Assembly (NCBI GenBank): GCA_964057225.1
Contig: OZ059894.1
Location: 23,436,001 to 23,500,000 of the forward strand
Reading direction: 5' to 3'
Source of the DNA: Auanema rhodensis
Lineage: Eukaryota; Animalia; Nematoda
DNA length: 64,000 bases
The translations under genes and the position numbers were made by a program. Shown one piece after another: positions 11,601 through 26,700 of the stretch (its first letter is position 1; each line of letters begins with the position of its first letter). The notes beneath the pieces were generated by a model that saw nothing but the letters and a program-made list of their open reading frames with translations, made no database searches and was not told the DNA's origin.

Positions 11601-14290
11601 TGGTTCATGGTAACCATGTCTTTGAAATTTACGTGAACTTTAATTTATGCTAATTAAATGTACACGTGATGTGCACTTGGTATGTAACTCGCTTCACGTG
11701 AAAGATAAAGAGATGCGGTTTTCAAAATTAGATTCCCCATGTCCATATTAGTCTAAAAACAAATTTTTATTGATATTAATTCATGATAACCATGATTTTG
11801 AAATTTACGTGAATTTTAATTTATGCTAATTAAATGTACACGTGATGTGCACTTGGTATGTAACTCGCTTCACGTGAAAGATAAAGAGATGCGGTTTTCA
11901 AAATTAGATTCCCCATGTCCATATTAGTCTAAAAACAAATTTTTATTGATATTGGTTCATGGTAACCATGACTTTGAAATTTACGTGAACTTTAATTTAT
12001 GCTAATTAAATGTACACGTGATGTGCACTTGGTATGTAACTCGCTTCACGTGAAAGATAAAGAGATGCGGTTTTCAAAATTAGATTCCCCATGTCCATAT
12101 TAGTCTAAAAACAAATTTTTATTGATATTGGTGCATGGTAACCATGACTTTGAAATTTACGTGAACTTTAATTTATGCTAATTAAATGTACACGTGATGT
12201 GCACTTGGTATGTAACTCGCTTCACGTGAAAGATAAAGAGATGCGGTTTTCAAAATTAGATTCCCCATGTCCATATTAGTCTAAAAACAAATTTTTATTG
12301 ATATTGGTTCATGGTAACCATGACTTTGAAATTTACGTGAACTTTAATTTATGCTAATTAAATGTACACGTGATGTGCACTTGGTATGTAACTCGCTTCA
12401 CGTGAAAGATGAAGAGATGCGGTTTTCAAAATTAGATTCCCCATGTCCATATTAGTCGAAAAACAAATTTTTATTGATATTAATTCATGGTAACCATGAT
12501 TTTGAAATTTACGTGAACTTTAATTTATGCTAATTAAATGTACACGTGATGTGCACTTGGTATGTAACTCGTTTCACGTGAAAGATAAAGAGATGCGGTT
12601 TTCAAAATTAGATTCCCCATGTCCATATTAGTCTAAAAACAAATTTTTATTGATATTGGTTCATGGGAACCATGACTTTGAAATTTACGTGAACTTTAAT
12701 TTATGCTAATTAAATGTACACGTGATGTGCACTTGGTATGTAACTCGCTTCACGTGAAAGATAAAGAGATGCGGTTTTCGAAATTAGATTCCCCATGTCC
12801 ATATTAGTCTAAAAAAAAATTTTTATTGATATTGGTGCATGGTAACCATGACTTTGAAATTTACGTGAACTTTAATTTATGCTAATTAAATGTACACGTG
12901 ATGTGCACTTGGTATGTAACTCGCTTCACGTGAAAGATAAAGAGATGCGGTTTTCAAAATTAGATTCCCCATGTCCATATTAGTCTAAAAACAAATTTTT
13001 ATTGATATTGGTTCATGGTAACCATGACTTTGAAATTTACGTGAACTTTAATTTATGCTAATTAAATGTACACGTGATGTGCACTTGGTATGTAATTTGC
13101 TTCACGTGAAAGATAAAGAGATGCGGTTTTCAAAATTAGATTCCCCATGTCCATATTAGTCTAAAAACAAATTTTTATTGATATTGGTTCATGGTAACCA
13201 TGTCTTTGAAATTTACGTGAACTTTAATTTATGCTAATTAAATGTACACGTGATGTGCACTTGGTATGTAACTCGCTTCACGTGAAAGATAAAGAGATGC
13301 GGTTCTCAAAATTAGATTCCCCATGTCCATATTAGTCTAAAAACAAATTTTTATTGATATTGGTGCATGGTAACCATGACTTTGAAATTTACGTGAACTT
13401 TAATTTATGCTAATTAAATGTACACGTGATGTGCATTTGGTATGTAACTCGCTTCACGTGAAAGATAAAGAGATGCGGTTTTCAAAATTAGATTCCCCAT
13501 GTCCATATTAGTCTAAAAACAAATTTTTTTTGATATTGGTTCATGGTAACCATGACTTTGAACTTTACGTGAACTTTAATTTATGCTAATTAAATGTACA
13601 CGTGATGTGCACTTGGTATGTAACTCGCTTCACGTGAAAGATAAAGAGATGCGGTTTTCAAAATTAGATTCCCCATGTCCATATTAGTCTAAAAACAAAT
13701 TTTTATTGATTATGGTTCATGGTAACCATGACTTTGAAATTTACGTGAACTTTAATTTATGCTAATTAAATGTACACGTGATGTGCACTTGGTATGTAAT
13801 TCGCTTCACGTGAAAGATAAAGAGATGCGGTTTTCAAAATTAGATTCCTCATGTCCATATTAGTCTAAAAACAAATTTTTATTGATATTGGTTCATGGTA
13901 ACCATGTCTTTGAAATTTACGTGAACTTTAATTTATGCTAATTAAATGTACACGTGATGTGCACTTGGTATGTAACTCGCTTCACGTGAAAGATAAAGAG
14001 ATGCGGTTCTCAAAATTAGATTCCCCATGTCCATATTAGTCTAAAAACAAATTTTTATTGATATTGGTGCATGGTAACCATGACTTTGAAATTTACGTGA
14101 ACTTTAATTTATGCTAATTAAATGTACACGTGATGTGCATTTGGTATGTAACTCGCTTCACGTGAAAGATAAAGAGATGCGGTTTTCAAAATTAGATTCC
14201 CCATGTCCATATTAGTCTAAAAACAAATTTTTTTTGATATTGGTTCATGGTAACCATGACTTTGAACTTTACGTGAACTTTAATTTATGC
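5700..14290 (+). repeat. HOR domain B: nested 13-mer (2288 bp) and 21-mer (3696 bp) duplications with an internal dimer expansion (boundaries approximate)
   Basis: ATTAATTCATGATAAC at 5794/8082/11778; GTCGAAAA at 6474/8762/12458; TTTCGAAA at 6796/9084/12780 (spacings 2288 then 3696). CCTCATG at 10153/13849 and CATTTCC at 7341/11037 (+3696). T105C at 10313/10665/11017 (+352). Confidence 0.88.
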
Positions 14291-17200
14291 TAATTAAATG
14301 TACACGTGATGTGCACTTGGTATGTAACTCGCTTCACGTGAAAGATAAAGAGATGCGGTTTTCAAAATTAGATTCCCCATGTCCATATTATTCTAAAAAC
14401 AAATTTTTATTGATATTGGTTCATGGTAACCATGACTTTGAAATTTACGTGAACTTTAATTTATGCTAATTAAATGTACACGTGATGTGCACTTGGTATG
14501 TAACTCGCTTCACGTGAAAGATAAAGAGATGCGGTTTTCAAAATTAGATTCCCCATGTCCATATTAGTCTAAAAACAAATTTTTATTGATATTGGTGCAT
14601 GGTAACCATGACTTTGAAATTTACGTGAACTTTAATTTATGCTAATTAAATGTACACGTGATGTGCACTTGGTATGTAACTCGCTTCACGTGAAAGATAA
14701 AGAGATGCGGTTTTCAAAATTAAATTCCCCATGTCCATATTAGTCTAAAAACAAATTTTTATTGATATTGGTTCATGGTAACCATGACTTTGAAATTTAC
14801 GTGAACTTTAATTTATGCTAATTAAATGTACACGTGATGTGCACTTGGTATGTAACTTGCTTCACGTGAAAGATAAAGAGATGCGGTTTTCAAAATTAGA
14901 TTCCCCATGTCCATATTATTCTAAAAACAAATTTTTATTGATATTGGTGCATGGTAACCATGACTTTGAAATTTACGTGAACTTTAATTTATGCTAATTA
15001 AATGTACACGTGATGTGCACTTGGTATGTAACTCGTTTCACGTGAAAGATAAAGAGATGCGGTTTTCAAAATTAGATTCCCCATGTCCATATTAGTCTAA
15101 AAACAAACTTTTATTGATATTGGTTCATGGGAACCATGACTTTGAAATTTACGTGAACTTTAATTTATGCTAATTAAATGTACACGTGATGTGCACTTGG
15201 TATGTAACTCGCTTCACGTGAAAGACAAAGAGATGCGGTTTTCAAAATTAGATTCCCCATGTCCATATTAGTCTAAAAACAAATTTTTATTGATATTGGT
15301 TCATGGTAACCATGACTTTGAAATTTACGTGAACTTTAATTTATGCTAATTAAATGTACACGTGATGTGCACTTGGTATGTAACTCGCTTCACGTGAAAG
15401 ATAAAGAGATGCGGTTTGCAAAATTAGATTCCCCATGTCCATATTAGTCTAAAAACAAATTTTTATTGATATTGGTTCATGGTAACCATGACTTTGAAAT
15501 TTACGTGAACTTTAATTTATGCTAATCAAAAGTACACGTGATGTGCACTTGGTATGTAACTCGCTTCACGTGAAAGATAAAGAAATGCGGTTTTCAAAAT
15601 TAGATTCCCCATGTCCATATTAGTCTAAAAACAAATTTTTATTGATATTGGTGCATGGTAACCATGACTTTGAAATTTACGTGAACTTTAATTTATGCTA
15701 ATTAAATGTACACCTGATGTGCACTTGGTATGTAACTCGCTTCACGTGAAAGATAAAGAGATGCGGTTTTCAAAATTAGATTCCCCATGTCCATATTAGT
15801 CTAAAAACAAATTTTTATTGATATTGGTTCATGGTAACCATGACTTTGAAATTTACGTGAACTTTAATTTATGCTAATTAAATGTACACGTGATGTGCAC
15901 TTGGTATGTAACTCGCTTCACGTGAAAGATAAAGAGATGCGGTTTTCAAAATTAGATTCCCCATGTCCATATTAGTCTAAAAACAAATTTTTATTGATAT
16001 TGGTGCATGGTAACCATGACTTTGAAATTTACGTGAACTTTAATTTATGCTAATTAAATGTACACGTGATGTTCACTTGGTATGTAACTCGCTTCACGTG
16101 AAAGATAAAGAGATGCGGTTTTCAAAATTAGATTCCCCATGTCCATATTAGTCTAAAAACAAATTTTTATTGATATTGGTTCATGGTAACCATGACTTTG
16201 AAATTTACGTGAACTTTAATTTATGCTAATTAAATGTACACGTGATGTGCACTTGGTATGTAACTCGCTTCACGTGAAAGATAAAGAGATGCGGTTTTCA
16301 AAATCAGATTCCCCATGTCCATATTAGTCTAAAAACAAATTTTTATTGATATTGGTTCATGGTAACCATGACTTTGAAATTTACGTGAACTTTAACTTAT
16401 GCTAATTAAATGTACACGTGATGTGCACTTGGTATGTAACTCGCTTCACGTGAAAGATAAAGAGATGCGGTTTTCAAAATTAGATACCCCATGTCCATAT
16501 TAGTCTAAAAACAAATTTTTATTGATATTGGTTCATGGTAACCATGACTTTGAAATTTACGTGAACTTTAATTTATGCTAATTAAATGTACACGTGATGT
16601 GCACTTGGTATGTAACTCGCTTCACGTGAAAGATAAAGAGATGCGGTTTTCAAAATTAGATTCCCCATGTCCATATTAGTCTAAAAACAAATTTTTATTG
16701 ATATTGGTGCATGGTAACCATGACTTTGAAATTTACGTGAACTTTAATTTATGCTAATTAAATGTACACGTGATGTGCACTTGGTATGTAACTCGCTTCA
16801 CGTGAAAGATAAAGAGATGCGGTTTTCAAAATTAAATTCCCCATGTCCATATTAGTCTAAAAACAAATTTTTATTGATATTGGTTCATGGTAACCATGAC
16901 TTTGAAATTTACGTGAACTTTAATTTATGCTAATTAAATGTACACGTGATGTGCACTTGGTATGTAACTCGTTTCACGTGAAAGATAAAGAGATGCGGTT
17001 TTCAAAATTAGATTCCCCATGTCCATATTAGTCTAAAAACAAACTTTTATTGATATTGGTTCATGGGAACCATGACTTTGAAATTTACGTGAACTTTAAT
17101 TTATGCTAATTAAATGTACACGTGATGTGCACTTGGTATGTAACTTGCTTCACGTGAAAGATAAAGAGATGCGGTTTTCAAAATTAGATTCCCCATGTCC

Positions 17201-20200
17201 ATATTATTCTAAAAACAAATTTTTATTGATATTGGTGCATGGTAACCATGACTTTGAAATTTACGTGAACTTTAATTTATGCTAATTAAATGTACACGTG
17301 ATGTGCACTTGGTATGTAACTCGTTTCACGTGAAAGATAAAGAGATGCGGTTTTCAAAATTAGATTCCCCATGTCCATATTAGTCTAAAAACAAACTTTT
17401 ATTGATATTGGTTCATGGGAACCATGACTTTGAAATTTACGTGAACTTTAATTTATGCTAATTAAATGTACACGTGATGTGCACTTGGTATGTAACTCGC
17501 TTCACGTGAAAGACAAAAAGATGCGGTTTTCAAAATTAGATTCCCCATGTCCATATTAGTCTAAAAACAAATTTTTATTGATATTGGTTCATGGTAACCA
17601 TGACTTTGAAATTTACGTGAACTTTAATTTATGCTAATTAAATGTACACGTGATGTGCACTTGGTATGTAACTCGCTTCACGTGAAAGATAAAGAGATGC
17701 GGTTTGCAAAATTAGATTCCCCATGTCCATATTAGTCTAAAAACAAATTTTTATTGATATTGGTTCATGGTAACCATGACTTTGAAATTTACGTGAACTT
17801 TAATTTATGCTAATCAAAAGTACACGTGATGTGCACTTGGTATGTAACTCGCTTCACGTGAAAGATAAAGAAATGCGGTTTTCAAAATTAGATTCCCCAT
17901 GTCCATATTAGTCTAAAAACAAATTTTTATTGATATTGGTGCATGGTAACCATGACTTTGAAATTTACGTGAACTTTAATTTATGCTAATTAAATGTACA
18001 CCTGATGTGCACTTGGTATGTAACTCGCTTCACGTGAAAGATAAAGAGATGCGGTTTTCAAAATTAGATTCCCCATGTCCATATTAGTCTAAAAACAAAT
18101 TTTTATTGATATTGGTTCATGGTAACCATGACTTTGAAATTTACGTGAACTTTAATTTATGCTAATTAAATGTACACGTGATGTGCACTTGGTATGTAAC
18201 TCGCTTCACGTGAAAGATAAAGAGATGCGGTTTTCAAAATTAGATTCCCCATGTCCATATTAGTCTAAAAACAAATTTTTATTGATATTGGTGCATGGTA
18301 ACCATGACTTTGAAATTTACGTGAACTTTAATTTATGCTAATTAAATGTACACGTGATGTTCACTTGGTATGTAACTCGCTTCACGTGAAAGATAAAGAG
18401 ATGCGGTTTTCAAAATTAGATTCCCCATGTCCATATTAGTCTAAAAACAAATTTTTATTGATATTGGTTCATGGTAACCATGACTTTGAAATTTACGTGA
18501 ACTTTAATTTATGCTAATTAAATGTACACGTGATGTGCACTTGGTATGTAACTCGCTTCACGTGAAAGATAAAGAGATGCGGTTTTCAAAATCAGATTCC
18601 CCATGTCCATATTAGTCTAAAAACAAATTTTTATTGATATTGGTTCATGGTAACCATGACTTTGAAATTTACGTGAACTTTAACTTATGCTAATTAAATG
18701 TACACGTGATGTGCACTTGGTATGTAACTCGCTTCACGTGAAAGATAAAGAGATGCGGTTTTCAAAATTAGATACCCCATGTCCATATTAGTCTAAAAAC
18801 AAATTTTTATTGATATTGGTTCATGGTAACCATGACTTTGAAATTTACGTGAACTTTAATTTATGCTAATTAAATGTACACGTGATGTGCACTTGGTATG
18901 TAACTCGCTTCACGTGAAAGATAAAGAGATGCGGTTTTCAAAATTAGATTCCCCATGTCCATATTAGTCTAAAAACAAATTTTTATTGATATTGGTGCAT
19001 GGTAACCATGACTTTGAAATTTACGTGAACTTTAATTTATGCTAATTAAATGTACACGTGATGTGCACTTGGTATGTAACTCGCTTCACGTGAAAGATAA
19101 AGAGATGCGGTTTTCAAAATTAAATTCCCCATGTCCATATTAGTCTAAAAACAAATTTTTATTGATATTGGTTCATGGTAACCATGACTTTGAAATTTAC
19201 GTGAACTTTAATTTATGCTAATTAAATGTACACGTGATGTGCACTTGGTATGTAACTCGTTTCACGTGAAAGATAAAGAGATGCGGTTTTCAAAATTAGA
19301 TTCCCCATGTCCATATTAGTCTAAAAACAAACTTTTATTGATATTGGTTCATGGGAACCATGACTTTGAAATTTACGTGAACTTTAATTTATGCTAATTA
19401 AATGTACACGTGATGTGCACTTGGTATGTAACTCGCTTCACGTGAAAGACAAAGAGATGCGGTTTTCAAAATTAGATTCCCCATGTCCATATAAGTCTAA
19501 AAACAAATTTTTATTGATATTGGTTCATGGTAACCATGACTTTGAAATTTACGTGAACTTTAATTTATGCTAATTAAATGTACACGTGATGTGCACTTGG
19601 TATGTAACTCGCTTCACGTGAAAGATAAAGAGATGCGGTTTGCAAAATTAGATTCCCCATGTCCATATTAGTCTAAAAACAAATTTTTATTGATATTGGT
19701 TCATGGTAACCATGACTTTGAAATTTACGTGAACTTTAATTTATGCTAATTAAAAGTACACGTGATGTGCACTTGGTATGTAACTCGCTTCACGTGAAAG
19801 ATAAAGAAATGCGGTTTTCAAAATTAGATTCCCCATGTCCATATTAGTCTAAAAACAAATTTTTATTGATATTGGTACATGGTAACCATGACTTTGAAAT
19901 TTACGTGAACTTTAATTTATGCTAATTAAATGTACACCTGATGTGCACTTGGTATGTAACTCGCTTCACGTGAAAGATAAAGAGATGCGGTTTTCAAAAT
20001 TAGATTCCCCATGTCCATATTAGTCTAAAAACAAATTTTTATTGATATTGGTTCATGGTAACCATGACTTTGAAATTTACGTGAACTTTAATTTATGCTA
20101 ATTAAATGTACACGTGATGTGCACTTGGTATGTAACTCGCTTCACGTGAAAGATAAAGAGATGCGGTTTTCAAAATTAGATTCCCCATGTCCATATTAGT

Positions 20201-23200
20201 CTAAAAACAAATTTTTATTGATATTGGTGCATGGTAACCATGACTTTGAAATTTACGTGAACTTTAATTTATGCTAATTAAATGTACACGTGATGTGCAC
20301 TTGGTATGTAACTCGCTTCACGTGAAAGATAAAGAGATGCGGTTTTCAAAATTAGATTCCCCATGTCCATATTAGTCTAAAAACAAATTTTTATTGATAT
20401 TGGTTCATGGTAACCATGACTTTGAAATTTACGTGAACTTTAATTTATGCTAATTAAATGTACACGTGATGTGCACTTGGTATGTAACTCGCTTCACGTG
20501 AAAGATAAAGAGATGCGGTTTTCAAAATCAGATTCCCCATGTCCATATTAGTCTAAAAACAAATTTTTATTGATATTGGTTCATGGTAACCATGACTTTG
20601 AAATTTACGTGAACTTTAATTTATGCTAATTAAATGTACACGTGATGTGCACTTGGTATGTAACTCGCTTCACGTGAAAGATAAAGAGATGCGGTTTTCA
20701 AAATTAGATTCCCCATGTCCATATTAGTCTAAAAACAAATTTTTATTGATATTGGTTCATGGTAACCATGTCTTTGAAATTTACGTGAACTTTAATTTAT
20801 GCTAATTAAATGTACACGTGATATGCACTTGGTATGTAACTCGCTTCACGTGAAAGATAAAGAGATGCGGTTTTCAAAATTAGATTCCCCATGTCCATAT
20901 TAGTCTAAAAACAAATTTTTATTGTTATTGGTTCATGGTAACCATGACTTTGAAATTTACGTGAACTTTAATTTATGCTAATTAAATGTACACGTGATGT
21001 GCACTTGGTATGTAACTCGTTTCACGTGAAAGATAAAGAGATGCGGTTTTCAAAATTAGATTCCCCATGTCCATATTAGTCTAAAAACAAATTTTTATTG
21101 ATATTGGTTCATGGTAACCATGACTTTGAAATTTACGTGAACTTTAATTTATGCTAATTAAATGTACACGTGATGTGCACTTGGTATGTAACTCGCTTCA
21201 CGTGAAAGATAAAGAGATGCGGTTTTCAAAATTAGATTCCCCATGTCCATATTAGTCTAAAAACAAATTTTTATTGATATTGGTTCATGGTAACCATGAC
21301 TTTGAAATTTACGTGAACTTTAATTTATGCTAATTAAATGTACACGTGATGTGCACTTGGTATGTAACTCGCTTCACGTGAAAGATAAAGAGATGCGGTT
21401 TTCAAAATCAGATTCCCCATGTCCATATTAGTCTAAAAACAAATTTTTATTGATATTGGTTCATGGTAACCATGACTTTGAAATTTACGTGAACTTTAAC
21501 TTATGCTAATTAAATGTACACGTGATGTGCACTTGGTATGTAACTCGCTTCACGTGAAAGATAAAGAGATGCGGTTTTCAAAATTAGATACCCCATGTCC
21601 ATATTAGTCTAAAAACAAATTTTTATTGATATTGGTTCATGGTAACCATGACTTTGAAATTTACGTGAACTTTAATTTATGCTAATTAAATGTACACGTG
21701 ATGTGCACTTGGTATGTAACTCGCTTCACGTGAAAGATAAAGAGATGCGGTTTTCAAAATTAGATTCCCCATGTCCATATTAGTCTAAAAACAAATTTTT
21801 ATTGATATTGGTGCATGGTAACCATGACTTTGAAATTTACGTGAACTTTAATTTATGCTAATTAAATGTACACGTGATGTGCACTTGGTATGTAACTCGC
21901 TTCACGTGAAAGATAAAGAGATGCGGTTTTCAAAATTAAATTCCCCATGTCCATATTAGTCTAAAAACAAATTTTTATTGATATTGGTTCATGGTAACCA
22001 TGACTTTGAAATTTACGTGAACTTTAATTTATGCTAATTAAATGTACACGTGATGTGCACTTGGTATGTAACTCGTTTCACGTGAAAGATAAAGAGATGC
22101 GGTTTTCAAAATTAGATTCCCCATGTCCATATTAGTCTAAAAACAAACTTTTATTGATATTGGTTCATGGGAACCATGACTTTGAAATTTACGTGAACTT
22201 TAATTTATGCTAATTAAATGTACACGTGATGTGCACTTGGTATGTAACTCGCTTCACGTGAAAGACAAAGAGATGCGGTTTTCAAAATTAGATTCCCCAT
22301 GTCCATATAAGTCTAAAAACAAATTTTTATTGATATTGGTTCATGGTAACCATGACTTTGAAATTTACGTGAACTTTAATTTATGCTAATTAAATGTACA
22401 CGTGATGTGCACTTGGTATGTAACTCGCTTCACGTGAAAGATAAAGAGATGCGGTTTGCAAAATTAGATTCCCCATGTCCATATTAGTCTAAAAACAAAT
22501 TTTTATTGATATTGGTTCATGGTAACCATGACTTTGAAATTTACGTGAACTTTAATTTATGCTAATTAAAAGTACACGTGATGTGCACTTGGTATGTAAC
22601 TCGCTTCACGTGAAAGATAAAGAAATGCGGTTTTCAAAATTAGATTCCCCATGTCCATATTAGTCTAAAAACAAATTTTTATTGATATTGGTACATGGTA
22701 ACCATGACTTTGAAATTTACGTGAACTTTAATTTATGCTAATTAAATGTACACCTGATGTGCACTTGGTATGTAACTCGCTTCACGTGAAAGATAAAGAG
22801 ATGCGGTTTTCAAAATTAGATTCCCCATGTCCATATTAGTCTAAAAACAAATTTTTATTGATATTGGTTCATGGTAACCATGACTTTGAAATTTACGTGA
22901 ACTTTAATTTATGCTAATTAAATGTACACGTGATGTGCACTTGGTATGTAACTCGCTTCACGTGAAAGATAAAGAGATGCGGTTTTCAAAATTAGATTCC
23001 CCATGTCCATATTAGTCTAAAAACAAATTTTTATTGATATTGGTGCATGGTAACCATGACTTTGAAATTTACGTGAACTTTAATTTATGCTAATTAAATG
23101 TACACGTGATGTGCACTTGGTATGTAACTCGCTTCACGTGAAAGATAAAGAGATGCGGTTTTCAAAATTAGATTCCCCATGTCCATATTAGTCTAAAAAC

Positions 23201-23760
23201 AAATTTTTATTGATATTGGTTCATGGTAACCATGACTTTGAAATTTACGTGAACTTTAATTTATGCTAATTAAATGTACACGTGATGTGCACTTGGTATG
23301 TAACTCGCTTCACGTGAAAGATAAAGAGATGCGGTTTTCAAAATCAGATTCCCCATGTCCATATTAGTCTAAAAACAAATTTTTATTGATATTGGTTCAT
23401 GGTAACCATGACTTTGAAATTTACGTGAACTTTAATTTATGCTAATTAAATGTACACGTGATGTGCACTTGGTATGTAACTCGCTTCACGTGAAAGATAA
23501 AGAGATGCGGTTTTCAAAATTAGATTCCCCATGTCCATATTAGTCTAAAAACAAATTTTTATTGATATTGGTTCATGGTAACCATGTCTTTGAAATTTAC
23601 GTGAACTTTAATTTATGCTAATTAAATGTACACGTGATATGCACTTGGTATGTAACTCGCTTCACGTGAAAGATAAAGAGATGCGGTTTTCAAAATTAGA
23701 TTCCCCATGTCCATATTAGTCTAAAAACAAATTTTTATTGTTATTGGTTCATGGTAACCA
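14290..23760 (+). repeat. HOR domain C: related blocks at 13-, 11- and 16-monomer spacing (boundaries approximate)
   Basis: GTTTGCA at 15418/17706/19642/22458 (spacings 2288, 1936, 2816). TAATCAAAAG at 15527/17815. T148C+T171G monomer at 15108/17044/17396/19332/22148. G55A at 20823/23639 (+2816). Confidence 0.87.
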
Positions 23761-26700
23761 TGACTTTGAAATTTACGTGAACTTTAATTTATGCTAATTA
23801 AATGTACACGTGATGTGCACTTGGTATGTAACTCGCTTCACGTGAAAGATAAAGAGATGCGGTTTTCAAAATTAGATTCCCCATGTCCATATTAGTCTAA
23901 AAACAAATTTTTATTGATATTGGTTCATGGTAACCATGTCTTTGAAATTTACGTGAACTTTAATTTATGCTAATTAAATGTACACGTGATGTGCACTTGG
24001 TATGTGACTCGCTTCACGTGAAAGATAAAGAGATGCGGTTTTCAAAATTAGATTCCCCATGTCCATATTAGTCTAAAAACAAATTTTTATTGATATTGGT
24101 TCATGGTAACCATGACTTTGAAATTTACGTGAACTTTAATTTATGCTAATTAAATGTACACGTGATGTGCACTTGGTATGTAACTCGCTTCACGTGAAAG
24201 ATAAAGAGATGCGGTTTTCAAACTTAGATTCCCCATGTCCATATTAGTTTAAACAAACTTTTATTGTTATTGGTTCAAGGTAACCATGACTTTGAATTTT
24301 ACGTGAACTTTAATTTATGCTAATTAAATGTACACGTGATGTGCACTTGGTATGTAACTCGCTTCACGTGAAAGATAAAGAGATGCGGTTTTCAAAATTA
24401 GATTCCCCATGTCCATATTAGTCTAAAAACAAATTTTTATTGATATTGGTTCATGGTAACCATGACTTTGAAATTTACGTGAACTTTAATTTATGCTAAT
24501 TAAATGTACACGTGATGTGCACTTGGTATGTAACTCGCTTCACGTGAAAGATAAAGAGATGCGGTTTTCAAAATTAGATTCCCCATGTCTATATTAGTCT
24601 AAAAACAAATTTTTATTGATATTGGTTCATGGTAACCATGACTTTGAAATTTACGTGAACTTTAATTTATGCTAATTAAATGTACACGTGATGTGCACTT
24701 GGTATGTAACTCGCTTCACGTGAAAGATAAAGAGATGCGGTTTTCAAAATTAGATTCCCCATGTCCATATTAGTCTAAAAACAAATTTTTATTGATATTG
24801 GTTCATGGTAACCATGTCTTTGAAATTTACGTGAACTTTAATTTATGCTAATTAAATGTACACGTGATGTGCACTTGGTATGTAACTCGCTTCACGTGAA
24901 AGATAAAGAGATGCGGTTTTCAAAATTAGATTCCCCATGTCCATATTAGTCTAAAAACAAATTTTTATTGATATTGGTTCATGGTAACCATGACTTTGAA
25001 ATTTACGTGAACTTTAATTTATGCTAATTAAATGTACACGTGATGTGCACTTGGTATGTAACTCGCTTCACGTGAAAGATAAAGAGATGCGGTTTTCAAA
25101 ATTAGATTCCCCATGTCCATATTAGTCTAAAAACAAATTTTTATTGATATTGGTTCATGGTAACCATGACTTTGAAATTTACGTGAACTTTAATTTATGC
25201 TAACTAAATGTACACGTGATGTGCACTTGGTATGTAACTCGCTTCACGTAAAAGATAAAGAGATGCGGTTTTCAAAATTAGATTCCCCATGTCCATATTA
25301 GTCTAAAAACAAATTTTTATTGATATTGGTGCATGGTAACCATGACTTTGAAATTTACGTGAACTTTAATTTATGCTAATTAAATGTACACGTGATGTGC
25401 ACTTGGTATGTAACTTGCTTCACGTGAAAGATAAAGAGATGCGGTTTTCAAAATTAGATTCCCCATGTCCATATTAGTCTAAAAACAAATTTTTATTGAT
25501 ATTGGTTCATGGTAACCATGACTTTGAAATTTACGTGAACTTTAATTTATGCTAATTAAATGTACACGTGATGTGCACTTGGTATGTAACTCGCTTCACG
25601 TGAAAGATAAAGAGATGCGGTTTTCAAACTTAGATTCCCCATGTCCATATTAGTCTAAAAACAAATTTTTATTGTTATTGGTTCATGGTAACCATGACTT
25701 TGAAATTTACGTGAACTTTAATTTATGCTAATTAAATGTACACGTGATGTGCACTTGGTATGTAACTCGCTTCACGTGAAAGATAAAGAGATGCGGTTTT
25801 CAAAATTAGATTCCCCATGTCCATATTAGTCTAAAAACAAATTTGTATTGATATTGGTTCATGGTAATCATGACTTTGAAATTTACGTGAACTTTAATTT
25901 ATGCTAATTAAATGTACACGTGATGTGCACTTGGTATGTAACTCGCTTCACGTGAAAGATAAAGAGATGCGGTTTTCAAAATTAGATTCCCCATGTCCAT
26001 ATTAGTCTAAAAACAAATTTTTATTGATATTGGTTCATGGTAACCATGTCTTTGAAATTTACGTGAACTTTAATTTATGCTAATTAAATGTACACGTGAT
26101 ATGCACTTGGTATGTAACTCGCTTCACGTGAAAGATAAAGAGATGCGGTTTTCAAAATTAGATTCCCCATGTCCATATTAGTCTAAAAACAAATTTTTAT
26201 TGTTATTGGTTCATGGTAACCATGACTTTGAAATTTACGTGAACTTTAATTTATGCTAATTAAATGTACACGTGATGTGCACTTGGTATGTAACTCGCTT
26301 CACGTGAAAGATAAAGAGATGCGGTTTTCAAAATTAGATTCCCCATGTCCATATTAGTCTAAAAACAAATTTTTATTGATATTGGTTCATGGTAACCATG
26401 TCTTTGAAATTTACGTGAACTTTAATTTATGCTAATTAAATGTACACGTGATGTGCACTTGGTATGTGACTCGCTTCACGTGAAAGATAAAGAGATGCGG
26501 TTTTCAAAATTAGATTCCCCATGTCCATATTAGTCTAAAAACAAATTTTTATTGTTATTGGTTCATGGTAACCATGACTTTGAAATTTACGTGAACTTTA
26601 ATTTATGCTAATTAAATGTACACGTGATGTGCACTTGGTATGTAACTCGCTTCACGTGAAAGATAAAGAGATGCGGTTTTCAAAATTAGATTCCCCATGT

